A stretch of 55,689 bases of DNA, filler included, from Catajapyx aquilonaris (taxonomy: Eukaryota): assembly GCA_000934665.2 (NCBI GenBank). It is 3 parts of 3 records of this genome, joined end to end, with 100 filler letters (N's around TTAATTAATTAA, not from the genome) between each part and the next. Parts side by side here need not be neighbours in the genome. Positions count along the whole stretch, not along the records: positions 1 to 18,592 come from KZ539576.1; positions 18,693 to 37,143 come from JYFJ02006693.1; 1 more part is not named here. One strand, written 5' to 3'. The position numbers and the translations under genes are program-made. Below the pieces are notes generated by a model. That model saw only the letters and a list, made by a program, of their open reading frames with translations. It was not told the origin of the DNA and made no database searches. Of this stretch, positions 10,801-22,388 are shown one piece after another (within the stretch, counting starts at the first letter, position 1; each line of letters opens with the position of its first letter).

Positions 10801-13800
10801 NNNNNNNNNNNNNNNNNNNNNNNNNNNNNNNNNNNNNNNNNNNNNNNNNNNNNNNNNNNNNNNNNNNNNNNNNCCCCCCCCCCAATCACCACCATAACAA
10901 ATTGCATTTTTGAAAATGGCAATCGTTAGTGCTTCGTTTGTGCCGGTTTGTGCGTAAACCCCATCGTTTGTACTTCCTTAGTTAGCGAGATATTTATTTT
11001 TCAAATTTTTGGGCCAGCCCCCCCACCAATGGAATTCCGCAATTTCGGAGGCGCCGCGCCGTTCGTTAGTGCTTCGTTTGTGCCGGTTGGCGCCGAAAAC
11101 AGTTCCTCTTTAGCTGTCACCAATCTCGAGATATAAATTGAATGGCCCATGTCCAGGGTGAAAAAAGGGTGGGGGTGGAGAAATGAATTGTCATTTTCTG
11201 AACTATTTGATGTGTTAAAACTTTTTATTGGAAATATGCCTTAAAGGGCCACACCAACACATTTTAATTTTGGCACATCGATGTGGTGCGCAGGTTAGCT
11301 TTTATTCCAAATTCTTAACCTTGGACTTGAACCCTTGTTCGATTGGGTGAAACAAAAGGCAGTCAGTATATATGGGAGGTGAGTGACACATTAGCAGATA
11401 ATAATGTTTATGGTGGACAGTATATCGATCTTTTTCTCTTTTATTTTTGTTTGGTCACATGGGTCATTTCCCGAGGTGCACGGAGAGGTAAAATGGAAGT
11501 GAGTTGGGCCATATATTGGGGATGCGAGATTGTCAGTCAGGTCCGGGTCGTCAACCTGAAGGTGGTGGTAAGGTTGTGCTTGACCCGAGTGCAGGATATT
11601 GTAGTCAATGTAGTGTTTTGGGATACTGGAGGTGGCGGTGTGGCTTTTTGTGGTACCCATAAAACAAGGCAGCGCACGTAAGAACTGAGTCACCAATTGA
11701 TTTAAGATGTACCCGACGTCTGACTCAAGCAATTCTAAAGTACTCTATGGAACGGCCCCATAAAAATTACTGCTGCAAACTACTCAGAGGAGTAGGCAGG
11801 ATGTTATTTTGAAAAGACACAAAACAACTGAACACATCCTCACAGACTTGAAAATTTTCGCTCCTTAAAATGCAGAATCCAGTCGAAAAAGACTCTGAAA
11901 TTCACCAATTTACGTTTACATGTGAAAAATGAAACATTAATAAAAGAGATGGCGATTGTGCATAAATGTTTCGTGGCAATAAATTCGCACGAATCGTACG
12001 TATAGAAATTCAATATTGACGTTCCTCATACATTTCAGAAACACTACAATATCCTGCACTCGGGTCAAGCACAACCTTACACCACCTTCAGGTTGGCGAC
12101 CCGGACCTGACTGACAATCTCGCATCCCCAATGCCCCAACTCACTTCCATTTTACCTCTCCGTGCACCTCCGGAAATGACCCATGTGACCAAACAAAAAT
12201 AAAAGAGAAAAAGATCGATATACTGTCCACCATAAACATTATTATCTGCTAATGTGTCACTCACCTCCCACATATACTGACTGCCTTTTGTTTCACCCAA
12301 TCGAACAAGGGTCCCAAATCCAAGGTTAAGAATTTGGAATAAAAGCTAACCTGCGCACGGCATCGATGTGCCAAAATTAAAATGTGTTGGTGTGGCCCTT
12401 TAAGGGATATTTCCAATAAAGAGTTTTAATACATCAAATAGTTCAGGAAATGACAATTCATTTCTCCACCCCCACCCTTTTTTCACCTTGGACATGTGCC
12501 CTTGTGCTATTGGGCCATTCAATTAATATCTCGAGATTGGTCACATCAGCTAGANGGGGGGGGGGGGGGGGGGGGGGGCAAGTTAACGGACGTTGTCCCC
12601 ATCCCCAATGTTCCCTACCCTATAATATGGCCATGGCAGAGTGGCTGGTTTTTTACCTTATTTTTTGCTCGGGGGGCCAGACATTGCACATATAGCGCCA
12701 CGATGACAATTTCGCATTATGCAGAAGAAGTTAGTATAAACGTCCGTGGCGAGGAATCGCCAGAGTTTTTTCTACAGTAGGCCTACCAGAGACAGTGTCA
12801 CCGCCAAATTTGCCTCCCCTAAAAATTTGCCGCCCTTAGGCAGTTGCCTACTTTCATCTATACATGATGCGCCTCAGGAAACCCCCAGGCGATACATACG
12901 CCACCGCATCCTATATTTAAAAATTTACACATTTTGGGGGTTAAGCATGGTTGTGTCATCCCTGAGTTCTCCCTGATTATTTAATTTGTATTTAGATGCC
13001 TGTGTCAGAAAAGCTATGATTAAAGGTGTGGGAGTACGTACATTTTTTGGGGATGAGATAGTTAGTCATTTGCTGCATGCAGATGATTCTGCCCTTCTGG
13101 CAGACAATGAGGCTGATTTACAGTTGACTCTATGGTATGTTTGTGAGAAGAGGGGTATGGGATTAATGTAGATAAGACTAAGGTAGTGGTATTTAAAAGA
13201 GGAAAGCAGGTTTCACCTTGTACGTCGCAGGTACGAGGAAAACTGGTTGAGCAGGTGAACCAGTGTGTATAACTGGGAAGTGTCATTGAAAGTAATGGTA
13301 GAACGGATGGGAGATAGACAGGAGGGTTAGTTCTGGGTTGAAAGTAATAGGTGCCACAAGTAAGTTTTCTATATATAAGTAGGTATCTGTCTGTCTATTT
13401 TAACGTTATTGTTCCTTCACTTATACATGGTATAGTGAATCGTGGGTTTGGGTAGATAGGCATGAGACTATAGGGCACGTGTTGGCTACAGAGATGCGTT
13501 ATCTAAGGGTTGTTTGTGGGGTTACTAATATTGCAGTGGTGTAATGTTAAGGAGACTGTTAAAGATATAAGGTGGAGTGGATGAAGGATGAGGATTTGGG
13601 TGAAGTAGTTGGTAAGAGGGGCAAGGGTAGCCTAGGAAGACATGACTGGACCAGATCGGTCAGTGCCTTATTAAGCATGAAGGTCTATAAAAAAGGGCTC
13701 AGCGCCAAACATGACTAACCCTCTTGAGGAGGTAAATGGCTTTAGGCGCATTTTCTGAATCAGCAAGAGCAACTTTTCTGCCGGCAAACGTGACTATCCC

Positions 13801-16631
13801 ACTCTCTCGTTCTGGATGGTAATAATTGGAATTCTTGCTGCTACATTCTTGATTTGTGGAAAGCTCTCATTAACATTTAATCAACATTTTCTCAACTTTT
13901 TTCTGTGAGGGTTAGTCATGTTTGGTGCTGAGCCCTTCTATTCTCATATCTGCGAATAGTCGAAATATCGCTGCGAATTTGGATTTTCACGAGCGTGCGA
14001 GTAGAGTATAGTGCTTGAAAATTTGATATTTTCGTGCGTGAAATCGTGATGCGAATTTATCTACCCAGGGTAGAAAAAACACGCGTGTGCGAACTCGTCT
14101 GCGCGATTTCGTACTGCGAGTGACCAATCAGGGCGCAGAGCTGAGTCACGTGGGACGTCCCCCCACTTTGTCCTGTACGTTCAATTGTCGCATGACCTCC
14201 ATCATGTAAGAATGAAAGTGTATAGGACTGTAGGTCATCATGGAACATGCTGCAGCACAGGGAGCGATCCAGGGAGCGACATTCCTAGTGCCAAGGATTG
14301 CCTAATTGTGTAATGGACAATCGTCGTGGACTTCGGAGTGGTAAATTGCGTACCCCATGAGGAGTCTGCTGTGTCCTTAGATGTCCAGTGATTTTCTGGT
14401 CCAGACACGATGCTGTGTCCAAGTGTCCCGGAGCTGCTTCACCCACCTTATAATTGTCCAGGAACCTTGTACTGACATCCCAGCCCAAAATAGCGACGAA
14501 AAATCATTTGTACAACACTACCGTACAGCTGTGGGGGACTCATTATTTTACGCTAGTCCACGTTCGAATAATTCAAACCTCCCTCCCCCACGCTAGTCCA
14601 CGTACGAATTCGAATCTCCCTCACGCGCACTACTCGCACGCGCGTGAAAAGCTAAATTCTCCGCAGATATAAGAATAGACCTTAAGGGTGTTGATAATGT
14701 TAAGCCTAGACGTTCATGTGTCAATAGGACAATGGACGTGGCTGAGGCAAAGATGGTTTGTTTAGATAGGTGTAAATGGAGTAGGTTAATTGATGGGGGC
14801 AGTGGCGGCCAAACCTATGTCAAGGTGCAGCGGTCGCTGCACCTCCCGAGGGGGTGGGGTCCCTGGCGGGGCGGGTGAGAAGGAGAGAGAAGAAGAAGAA
14901 GAAGAGAGAAGAAGAAGAAGAGAAGAAGAGAGAAGAGAGGAAGAGAGAAGAGAGGAAAAGAGAGAAGAAGACTATTAATAGTGGAGAGTAGACTCAGTAC
15001 TGTCAGTAGGCACCTGTGGCCGCCTGCCTATATCACCTTGTGAATTCAGGAATAGAGGCCGGCCTCTATATTGTTCAGTGGGGAAGTTTTGGAAAATATT
15101 TCTTCTGAAAGTGTTTGGTAGCACCAAGACTCTCACGGGCAAAGGTTCGNGCCTTCAATAAGTTTCGCGATTTTTGCGAGAAGAACACATATGGCAATAT
15201 CCAACACGATTTTTGTCCAGCGAAATTCATCGCTATTTCCAGGACTGTCCCTTAGGTCACTGGTAACTCGTAATGACCATTCATTTGTCTGAAATATGTT
15301 TTTGGCCTGGGGGCAGTCAAAAAAACAAATTCCTCGACCGACCGGTACTGATTATGTTTGTTTGTTGTTGTTTTTTTTTGCAAAAAAGAGAAGAAAAAAG
15401 ACTTCATATGAAGAAAATCAAGCATAGGACGTATAGCCTACCTCAGTGAATACAGGCTGAGATGCGTAGGGTGTCGTTGGCCATCAGGAAATGGATTTCC
15501 AATTGATCGGGACGTCTTAAGCATCAGGTAGAAACCCAGGCTGACCACTAGGCCTGAGACGAAGATGGAGGCCCACACCCCCAAGGTGTATGGCTTGAAG
15601 ACTGCTGTCCAAGAGAACTGGAGTCGAGGAGTTCGGAGGGAGTAAGTGTTGACAACCTGGTAAAAGCACGTTGGCATGTCCACCACCCTGATTATCTCGG
15701 CAAAGCAGTACAGACCACCCCACATGACCTCCTTCCTCTGCAGGGGTCCGGCCAAGCCGGTGTAGTTGCCGTCCGGTTTCATCACAGGCGTGCCTTCTGG
15801 TTCAGGGTAATCTTCCATGTGCCAGTCGAAGTTGAGAACGTCGCTGCATGCCAAATAGTTACTCAAGTATGGCAAAACAGGTAGGCCTTCCTGTACCATG
15901 AACCTGATGTCTCCCCTGGTTGCCTCCACTGGAAACGAAATGTTCAGATGCACACCATGCAGGTCTTTGGTGTAGTCAGGGAAAAACTCGCCCGGCACCT
16001 CGTGACCAGGGTACCTCCCTCGTTTCATGACTTTGGCTTTGCCCTTGTCGCAAAATTGGCACAGGTTTTTGATGGCCAGGTATTGCGAGGCTGTGTCGTA
16101 GGCGAGCCCCATCTTGAAGCGAAAGTCCAGTTCAGTGTTGGTCAGTGCATCGTCCACGTCTGAATCAGGGCTGAAGAAGACGAACCGGTCATACCTGGGG
16201 TTCATCCGGACCAAGCTGGCGACGTATTTGACCAGGGGCATCAGATTGGGTTGGTGGTAGGCGAAGAGGAAGAGAGAGCAGGTGCTGATGAACCTGGACG
16301 TTGGTCTCTCCAGCCAGGAGAACCAGTACTCGAAGCCTCCTTCCTGTCCTCCAGTGTTGGGTTTCGGGGCAGGAGTGTCCCGTGTCCACCGGATGGACGC
16401 GGAGGCCCCTCCCTGGTCGGACACTTGCTGCAACAATGACCTCATCTCCCAGGGCAGCTTCTCGTAGTCGTGGCCCAGCACAAGGAGGCAGTCTTTCTTC
16501 TCGCCATGGATTTGCTGGACCAGGGATGACACCAGTCCCGTAGCCTCCTCATTGGCCCGATCAGTGACAATCGACAAAGTTGTCAACTGTGGTATGGCCA
16601 GAAGCAGTTGAAGAATAATGGCCAGCATCAT
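7851..16631 (-). CDS. Divergent ionotropic receptor (IR, iGluR-related chemoreceptor), 2 exons, ~654 aa
   Basis: Exon 1 is 16631-15442 (signal peptide MMLAIILQLLLAI; S1 PDGNYTGLAGPLQRKEV; M1 VFKPYTLGVWASIF; donor AG|GTAGG, phase 2). Exon 2 is 8625-7851 (acceptor ccctctag|G; pore FSGLIEA; M2 SVRVLICVWALACDILVCGYEAKF; S2 LEASGLL; M3 ALNISQFETPL...ALGVFIYELL). Splice phases and domain order match. The intron spans a 125-N gap. Confidence 0.85.
10749..10873. other. Assembly gap (125 N)
   Basis: Run of N. Confidence 1.
11111..12552. repeat. Outer foldback (inverted arms ~11111-11240 and 12404-12552) hosting the TTAA element
   Basis: Inverted similarity continues outside the inner element: CCAATCTCGAGATAT...ATTGGAAATAT vs ATATTTCCAAT...ATATCTCGAGATTGG. 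Confidence 0.75.
11245..12399. mobile_element. Non-autonomous TTAA-specific DNA transposon (Kolobok-like) with ~360-bp TIRs
   Basis: TTAA at 11241-11244 and 12400-12403. Termini AGGGCCACACCAACAC / GTGTTGGTGTGGCCCT. Arms ~11245-11605 and ~12043-12399 are near identical. Confidence 0.85.
13682..14681. mobile_element. MITE-like element with (GGT)CTATTCTYATATCTGCG TIR; left TIR split by the next element
   Basis: Left end GGTCTAT (13682) continues as CTATTCTCATATCTGCG at 13938. Right end CGCAGATATAAGAATAGACC at 14662-14681. Confidence 0.6.
13693..13937. mobile_element. MITE with 31-bp TIR
   Basis: AAGGGCTCAGCGCCAAACATGACTAACCCTC / GAGGGTTAGTCATGTTTGGTGCTGAGCCCTT (1 mismatch). TSD unclear. Confidence 0.8.
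14878..14971 (+). repeat. Polypurine (GAA/GA) low-complexity tract
   Basis: About 94 bp of only G and A. Confidence 0.95.
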
Positions 16632-17101
16632 GTCGCGACGTGTGGCAAAGACAACTCCAGAGAACCTTCTGATGTGGTAGGCCTTTGGATATGCCCAATT
16701 GCATGACACAAAATTCTCTTGCTGAATGTCCCAAAATGGGCCTCCACTTTTTGTCTTATTTTAATATTTATGAGGCTAGCAAAAGTCGTATTAACCGAAA
16801 TTGCTGCCTCGCAACAAGGAAAATTATGGTTGTCAACAAGCTGCTACTTGGCCAGGAATCTATCAGCTTGAAGGCCACAGTTTCGATAAGGCAGATTTCA
16901 TTGACATTGAAAGGAATAATTCAAACTGTAATTTATTAAAATTCTCTAGCATATGCCAAGGTTCTAATTAAAAGTAATATTTTGAGTGGGATATGATTAT
17001 CAAAACAAAACATGTTCATCACTATCAGATCACTAGTCTGGTGATGATTTTGAAATAGTTTTTTGATCATATTTTATGTAATGCTTTACACTGGCCATTA
17101 A

Positions 17102-18128
17102 GGTGGAAATGAAGCTAGAGTCACTGAATGAGAATTTTATGAAAAAAACATATGTTACGCAGTTTTGTGTCCTCTTATCAATGGTGCAAAGAAAAATACA
17201 CGTCACCATGCAAATTAGCGAACTAGAGGGCTCAGAAGTTCGCGATTTAACATGGGCCCTTATGGCAGAATTTTCAATAGTCTACAAAAAAATGATAAGC
17301 AAATGAGAATTTTAAAATTTAATGTGTAATATGTCGGGAATTATATACTGATCGCAACCGCAAAAAGAAAACCCTACCTCACCGTGCTCTTTCAATTTGT
17401 ATTGCGGAAAAACGATCCGAAAATGATCCAGTGACGTCACCTTGCTCCACTCGAGTGAGGCAGTGGCAACACTGCGTTGTTTACGGTAGCGAGATACGGT
17501 TGCATACGACCGCGAAATATGAGTGCAAGTTAGTATGATGGTTTTTACAATGGCTCACACAGGATTTTCGTTTGGCGGGGGTGTTTGTCAGACGTCAGAA
17601 CCGTTTTATTAGCTTACATAGTTATAATTATAATATAATAATCGAATGAATCGAATCCACCCGGCAATGACGTCACATACTGCTACGCTATAATTGGCCC
17701 GGACATTTGCTGCGTTGCCGCTTGTATCTGTCACACGCGTACCAACTGAACGTGTTCCAAATCCGACACAAATGAAGAGCTACAGGCTCCCCTTTCCGAA
17801 CTAAACTTCTAAAAATGCCATGACAAATTGGGACCTCGTAATTACGACCGAATAAAATCGATTTCCATCAAAAATAAAAAATATTAAGCACACCTCCAAA
17901 TACCATGTTTAAGTTGGCAGTCGTGAAAATTGCGCCTGCGCACAAGAACTTGCAGCCGGTAATTGGCCCATATTAAATCGAGTTTAAAACGCAGATTCGA
18001 ATGGAATGCATAGGATTGAGCAGCATTTACTGCTGCATCGGTTGCGTATGTTTCCCTGATTTTAGCCCTTCTTATTAACATTCCAATTCTAGACTCTCAT
18101 TTGATTAGCAAGTCGCTTCATTTCCACC
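17102..18128. mobile_element. Non-autonomous Kolobok-like element upstream of the IR
   Basis: TTAA TSD at 17098-17101 and 18129-18132. Perfect 14-bp TIR GGTGGAAATGAAGC / GCTTCATTTCCACC. No transposase ORF. Confidence 0.85.
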
Positions 18129-18592
18129 TTAATATGTTATTGTAACTATATCGTATGTAGATTATTAATATTTAGGTATTTCGCGATCACAGCTGCAATA
18201 AAATTTACACGTGTTTTAATTATCATTTAATTTGAATTATATGCTATTCATGTGGTGGCAATGTTAAAACCCGTGCACCACTGACATACCGTACTGTTAA
18301 TATTCACGTGCCAGTGACAGAAACAGTAGCAATACATTCCTCATACTTATACCGAATAGCATTATTTTCTATCAGTCGATTTCCCGACGAATGAGATCGA
18401 TCCTAATCCAATCTGATCTGCATCTAATCGAGGCAAACATTCACCTTTGCATGGATTTTCCGGGGGCAATGTTGAAGGACGATATGCCATTCAATACAAT
18501 GGGGAACTAGCCTTGGTCTGGGATTTGGGATTTTTGTTCATAACTAGCTAGCCCATGCCTGTAAACATACATTCCATCACTCTGTTGCATCA

Positions 18593-18692
18593 NNNNNNNN
18601 NNNNNNNNNNNNNNNNNNNNNNNNNNNNNNNNNNNNTTAATTAATTAANNNNNNNNNNNNNNNNNNNNNNNNNNNNNNNNNNNNNNNNNNNN
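18593..18692. other. Artificial 100-bp contig spacer (44N-TTAATTAATTAA-44N)
   Basis: Six-frame stop linker inside Ns, identical to 37144-37243. Confidence 0.95.
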
Positions 18693-19538
18693 GCCTAATC
18701 AGCACCCCCCCTCCCCCCCACCGATGAAAATTCGAGCACGTGTCATAAGGTCGCGGGAGGAAAGCTGTCGACGGCACTCGCCCAAATCACCTGCACCTGG
18801 CACACTGATTGGCGGGAGAAAAAGTCGCGGACGATTCCATAACAGTCCGACAATCTTTTTGACCGTGATAGTACGTCACATGTTACTCTTCCAACACTAA
18901 CTTCAGGCGCTCTTTAGTGATGGGAGTTTGCTTTTTGAGTCATTCATCCAATTCTGAAATAGGTGAAGTGCACCATGGTACGCCAAAGTCAGCAAGCTTG
19001 ACCTTCAGCTTTTTATGATGGGTCAACCTATACGTTGTCAAGTTTCAAATCTGAGTGAACCACACCATTATCCTGTGGAGAAAATAATCCATCAGATTGG
19101 CAATTACTCCCAAACATAATTGCAATATTATTTTTTTAGAGTCATCAGGGTATGCAGGAGTATATTACCTTCTTATACATTGAAAAATAAAATTAATTCG
19201 ATCAAAATTAACCGAGGTACAGCTGTTTACACTGTTTTTGGCGCAGGAGTAGCAAGGTCGATGTCCACCATTCCTGGCGACGGCTGCTTGCGCATATCCA
19301 AAATACATATAAACCACCGAAGCATCAATTAGGTGCAACGAGGGGTAGGCCTTTTATCAACACTTCTCATAATTATTATTCAAAGAAGATCTTCTCTGGT
19401 CTCAGACTTGCAAATAAGGATCTCCACTTGCGACTTGCAAATGTCAGAGGCTATACCCTAAATCCGAGATCCGCCTCATTCTTGTCCACCGGGTTGAGCG
19501 ACAGTGGTCTTCAACGATATATAATTAAAAATGTCATT

Positions 19539-19539
<1 letters not shown>

Positions 19540-19578
<39 letters not shown>

Positions 19579-19586
19579 CCACCATC
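19540..19586 (+). repeat. (CAT)n microsatellite
   Basis: Directly visible. Confidence 0.95.
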
Positions 19587-19694
19587 AATGTCCAATGCTT
19601 ACTATTCCTCCGTAAAACAATAACCCAAAGTAACCCCACTCGTAGGTTTCGTTTCGCAGTGGGTAGTTACATCCGTAAACCACGTCAGGTAGTC

Positions 19695-19795
19695 CGTATC
19701 CACAAGATCTGCTCGTATCCACAGGAACTGCTCGTATCCACATAAACTGTTCGTAGTTGTACAGGGTGGCTCGTATTCACAAAACTGCTCGTACA
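19695..19795 (+). repeat. 19-bp minisatellite (CGTATCCACAnnAnCTGCT), 3 good units plus degenerate ones
   Basis: CGTATCCACAAGATCTGCT, CGTATCCACAGGAACTGCT and CGTATCCACATAAACTGTT in tandem. Confidence 0.75.
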
Positions 19796-20227
19796 GGGTC
19801 AGAGGAGAGGGTTTTTTTTTTTACATCTCACAGGATTTAAGGTAAAGGATAGGGGATAGTTTCACGTGAGGGGAATGACACGGAAACAAAGGGAGGATTT
19901 GACTTAACGTACTTGTTCTGCACGTAGTCGTAAAAATAGGGAAATTATGTAAGAGCTTGGGGATATGCTCTACAAGGGATAATGTGAGTACGTGTCTCAC
20001 AGAGGAAAAATGAGATGCGCAGGGAGCTGCTGTATGCAGGTATGCACACTCTAAGGATGTGGCCGTAAGTACTTGGTATGTACCTAGCTATATCCAGACT
20101 CCATGACCAAAGCCATGAGTCCGAAGGCGTCGATTCCGTGAAGGACAATTATCTCTTTTTGCGGACGTCCGGCACCGACACACTTACCACTCACGCGGCC
20201 ATCTTTTGCAAGTCTGATGATGATAGG

Positions 20228-20410
20228 TTATTCCTCCTTCCCCTTGAAGATAAGCCGTTGCAAGGCGGGCTCAATGCTCATCTTCTCGTGGACCACGCTT
20301 CTGAAGTCCTCAATGGAGGTGCTCTTGGACAGCTTGGAGCTGCTCAGACAGGTTTACTTCCCATCGGCGACGATGAGCACCTGCACGTAGAACATCGTTG
20401 CCCTGGGCAT
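20228..20410 (-). pseudogene. Ubiquitin-like domain fragment resembling the UHRF1 N-terminus
   Basis: Manual translation MPRATMFYVQVLIVADGK*TCLSSSKLSKSTSIEDFRSVVHEKMSIEPALQRLIFKGKEE*. It has the UBL QRLIFxGK motif and an internal TAA. Missed by the ORF track. Confidence 0.65.
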
Positions 20411-21740
20411 GGGTGCCGGCTCGGCGGCTCCCAATGGTCAGCTATGTATAGTTTATATGAATTTCAGTGAACAAAGATGGACTGAAACGACACATTTCAA
20501 ATGTATGCCTACAATATCACTTTGGGCCTTCGTGTCCCGTGGTCATCCGGGTAAAATAAAATATAGTGTTTTCCTTGCCAATTTTTGAAACAAACACGTA
20601 AGATGTGCACATAATATGCGTAACTAATATAATGTGTATGTATAGCTAATATTTTAGAACTATGTTATAATATGAGGTGGCATTGCGCATATGCGGAATG
20701 CGCCATTTTGTGTTCTTCCTAAGTAACCACTTTTCCTCGCTCCATCATATCTTTTCTCTGGCGTTTTGTGTGGGTCGATCTGAGCAGTAGTTGAAACCAG
20801 GGGCGGCCCAAGGAGAGATGATTTAGCGTGACGATATGAAGGGTCTTACAGTATGCTTTATGCCAAGTGTCCAACATACCTAAAGTGTCCAATAATCACA
20901 ATGCGTCTGGTGAAAGCTTACTTTTTCTGGACTGTCATGTGGTTACCAAAGGCCAAAGTTATCATACATCACATGTATTGTCTGGAGTCCTTCAGTACTA
21001 TTGGAACCAGTGCCCATACCGAAGATTTTTCTTCTGAGGAGAAACAAGTAGTGTCATAATTATTATAGACATCATGTCATGTGCTAGTAGCTCCATGATG
21101 TGGATTTCAAGTCTTCTTACATCATAACCAGTAAATTTACATGGACAATCTTCATTGTAAAAGGGAAGAAACGAAGGAAATTACAATTCTTTATCAATAC
21201 TGATACATATCTAGAATTTTAAGCACATTCTTAAAGAAAAAAATAAAAATATGATAGGGCTGTTCCTTGGATATCGAGGAGAAAGACCAAAGGAGACGAT
21301 CTGGAGGTGTCCGAAGCAGCTTTTCTAATATAGGTACCTTTTTCTTGGACTTTTGAATGTAGGCCAAACAAAAAGGATATGATGGAGGTTTTGAAATTGT
21401 TCCGTGTTCGGCTTGATTAAGCTTTAGCGCCTTGCCATAACCTCGCACACTTGATGGATGGCTGTTTCACACACCCGGAATGACATAGCTTACTTTGTCT
21501 TGGTCCGTGATAGTGAAACAAGATCTCTGTCGCATTTTCAAACGCGGGCTTTTCTCCTGAGTCAGGCCTGCGGAGTACCATGAATATCGTATAACGTTTA
21601 TACCTATATATGTGTGTCACTTGACCCATGTATTGCAGGTCAAACTACACACATCATGATCCACCCAATATGCAGTTTTCTGAAAATTTCAGAATGACAA
21701 AAATTTGTCTCTTCCACATATGCTTATTACAAAATTTTAT

Positions 21741-21990
21741 TCAGTACATCTGCATACTTTGGAAATGCGGTGGGAGGCCAAAAACATGTTGCTGCAAACA
21801 CTTTAAAGTTTTATGAGCCCCTTTCACATACTTCATATCGAAAACATAGTAACAGGTACATGCAAGAGCTTCACTCAAACTGCTGAACGTTCCATCCGTA
21901 ATCTTCTCTGCCTGAATGTGGAGAGGCTTACTGTTGTTGTCTGAGCCCAAGGGAAGTTGCCATCCCACGATAACACTGGCTCCCCTGGTA
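21741..21990 (-). pseudogene. Fragment of a transposon-associated accessory ORF
   Basis: SLSEALACTCYYVFDMKYVKGAHKTLKCLQQHVFGL resembles the YYVFxxxYP...TLxFLQ motif recalled from CMC/EnSpm-linked accessory proteins. Confidence 0.45.
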
Positions 21991-22388
21991 AGAAAAAAGA
22001 CACATTGAAAGTAATATTTGATCAGAACAAAAGAAAAATACTGCTTCTGTCTCACTATACTTGTACCTTTGCCTCGTTGTTGAGGACATCATCAGGCTTT
22101 TCCTCGACCACTTGGGACTGGTACTTCTAATGCGTTTATTCGTATCGTATGTCGGTATCGGTCGTAGCGTATGTCGGTAGAGTTAATCCTAGTTGTTCCT
22201 TCTGGTGAATAATTATGTAGTCGGAAGCTGTTCTTTGACGTGTCCATAGCGTCAGACTCGTTCATCTTATATGAGTTTATATGAGGTTCCAGTACAGTTT
22301 CATGAGAAACGGAACACTGTACTGATGATAATATCAGCCTATCGAGGAATTAAACTTTTGTCGGCCGAGCAACACATTTTGACTTAGA

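Larger units (their letters stand above)
12930..14790 (+). mobile_element. Degenerate 5'-truncated LINE (RTE-like) interrupted by MITEs
   Basis: LSSP*LFNLYLDACVRK, HLLHADDSALLADNEADLQ (YADD box), DKTKVVVF, EQVNQCV*LGSVI. A 3'-terminal-like segment (MDVAEAKMVCLDRCKWS) resumes after ~14683. Many stops and frameshifts. Confidence 0.75.

Noticed and set aside
11343..12300. Two near-identical ORFs (MGETKGSQY...) on opposite strands
   Set aside because: They are by-products of the element's TIRs, have non-ATG starts, and show no recognisable domain.
12795..12875. Segment resembling the right end of the 1728-2336 hAT MITE
   Set aside because: The similarity is real (AAATTTGCCGCCC.TAGGCA..TGCCTACTT), but no partner end or TSD could be defined.
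14790..14978. Glu/Arg-rich ORF
   Set aside because: It is a translation of a polypurine tract.
16632..16709. ORF-track N-terminal extension of the IR (MSCNWAYPK...)
   Set aside because: It starts at GTG. The ATG at 16631 directly precedes a signal peptide and is the better start.
19695..19795. CRISPR-like repeat array
   Set aside because: The units are directly tandem with no unique spacers, there are no cas genes, and the context is eukaryotic. It is a minisatellite.
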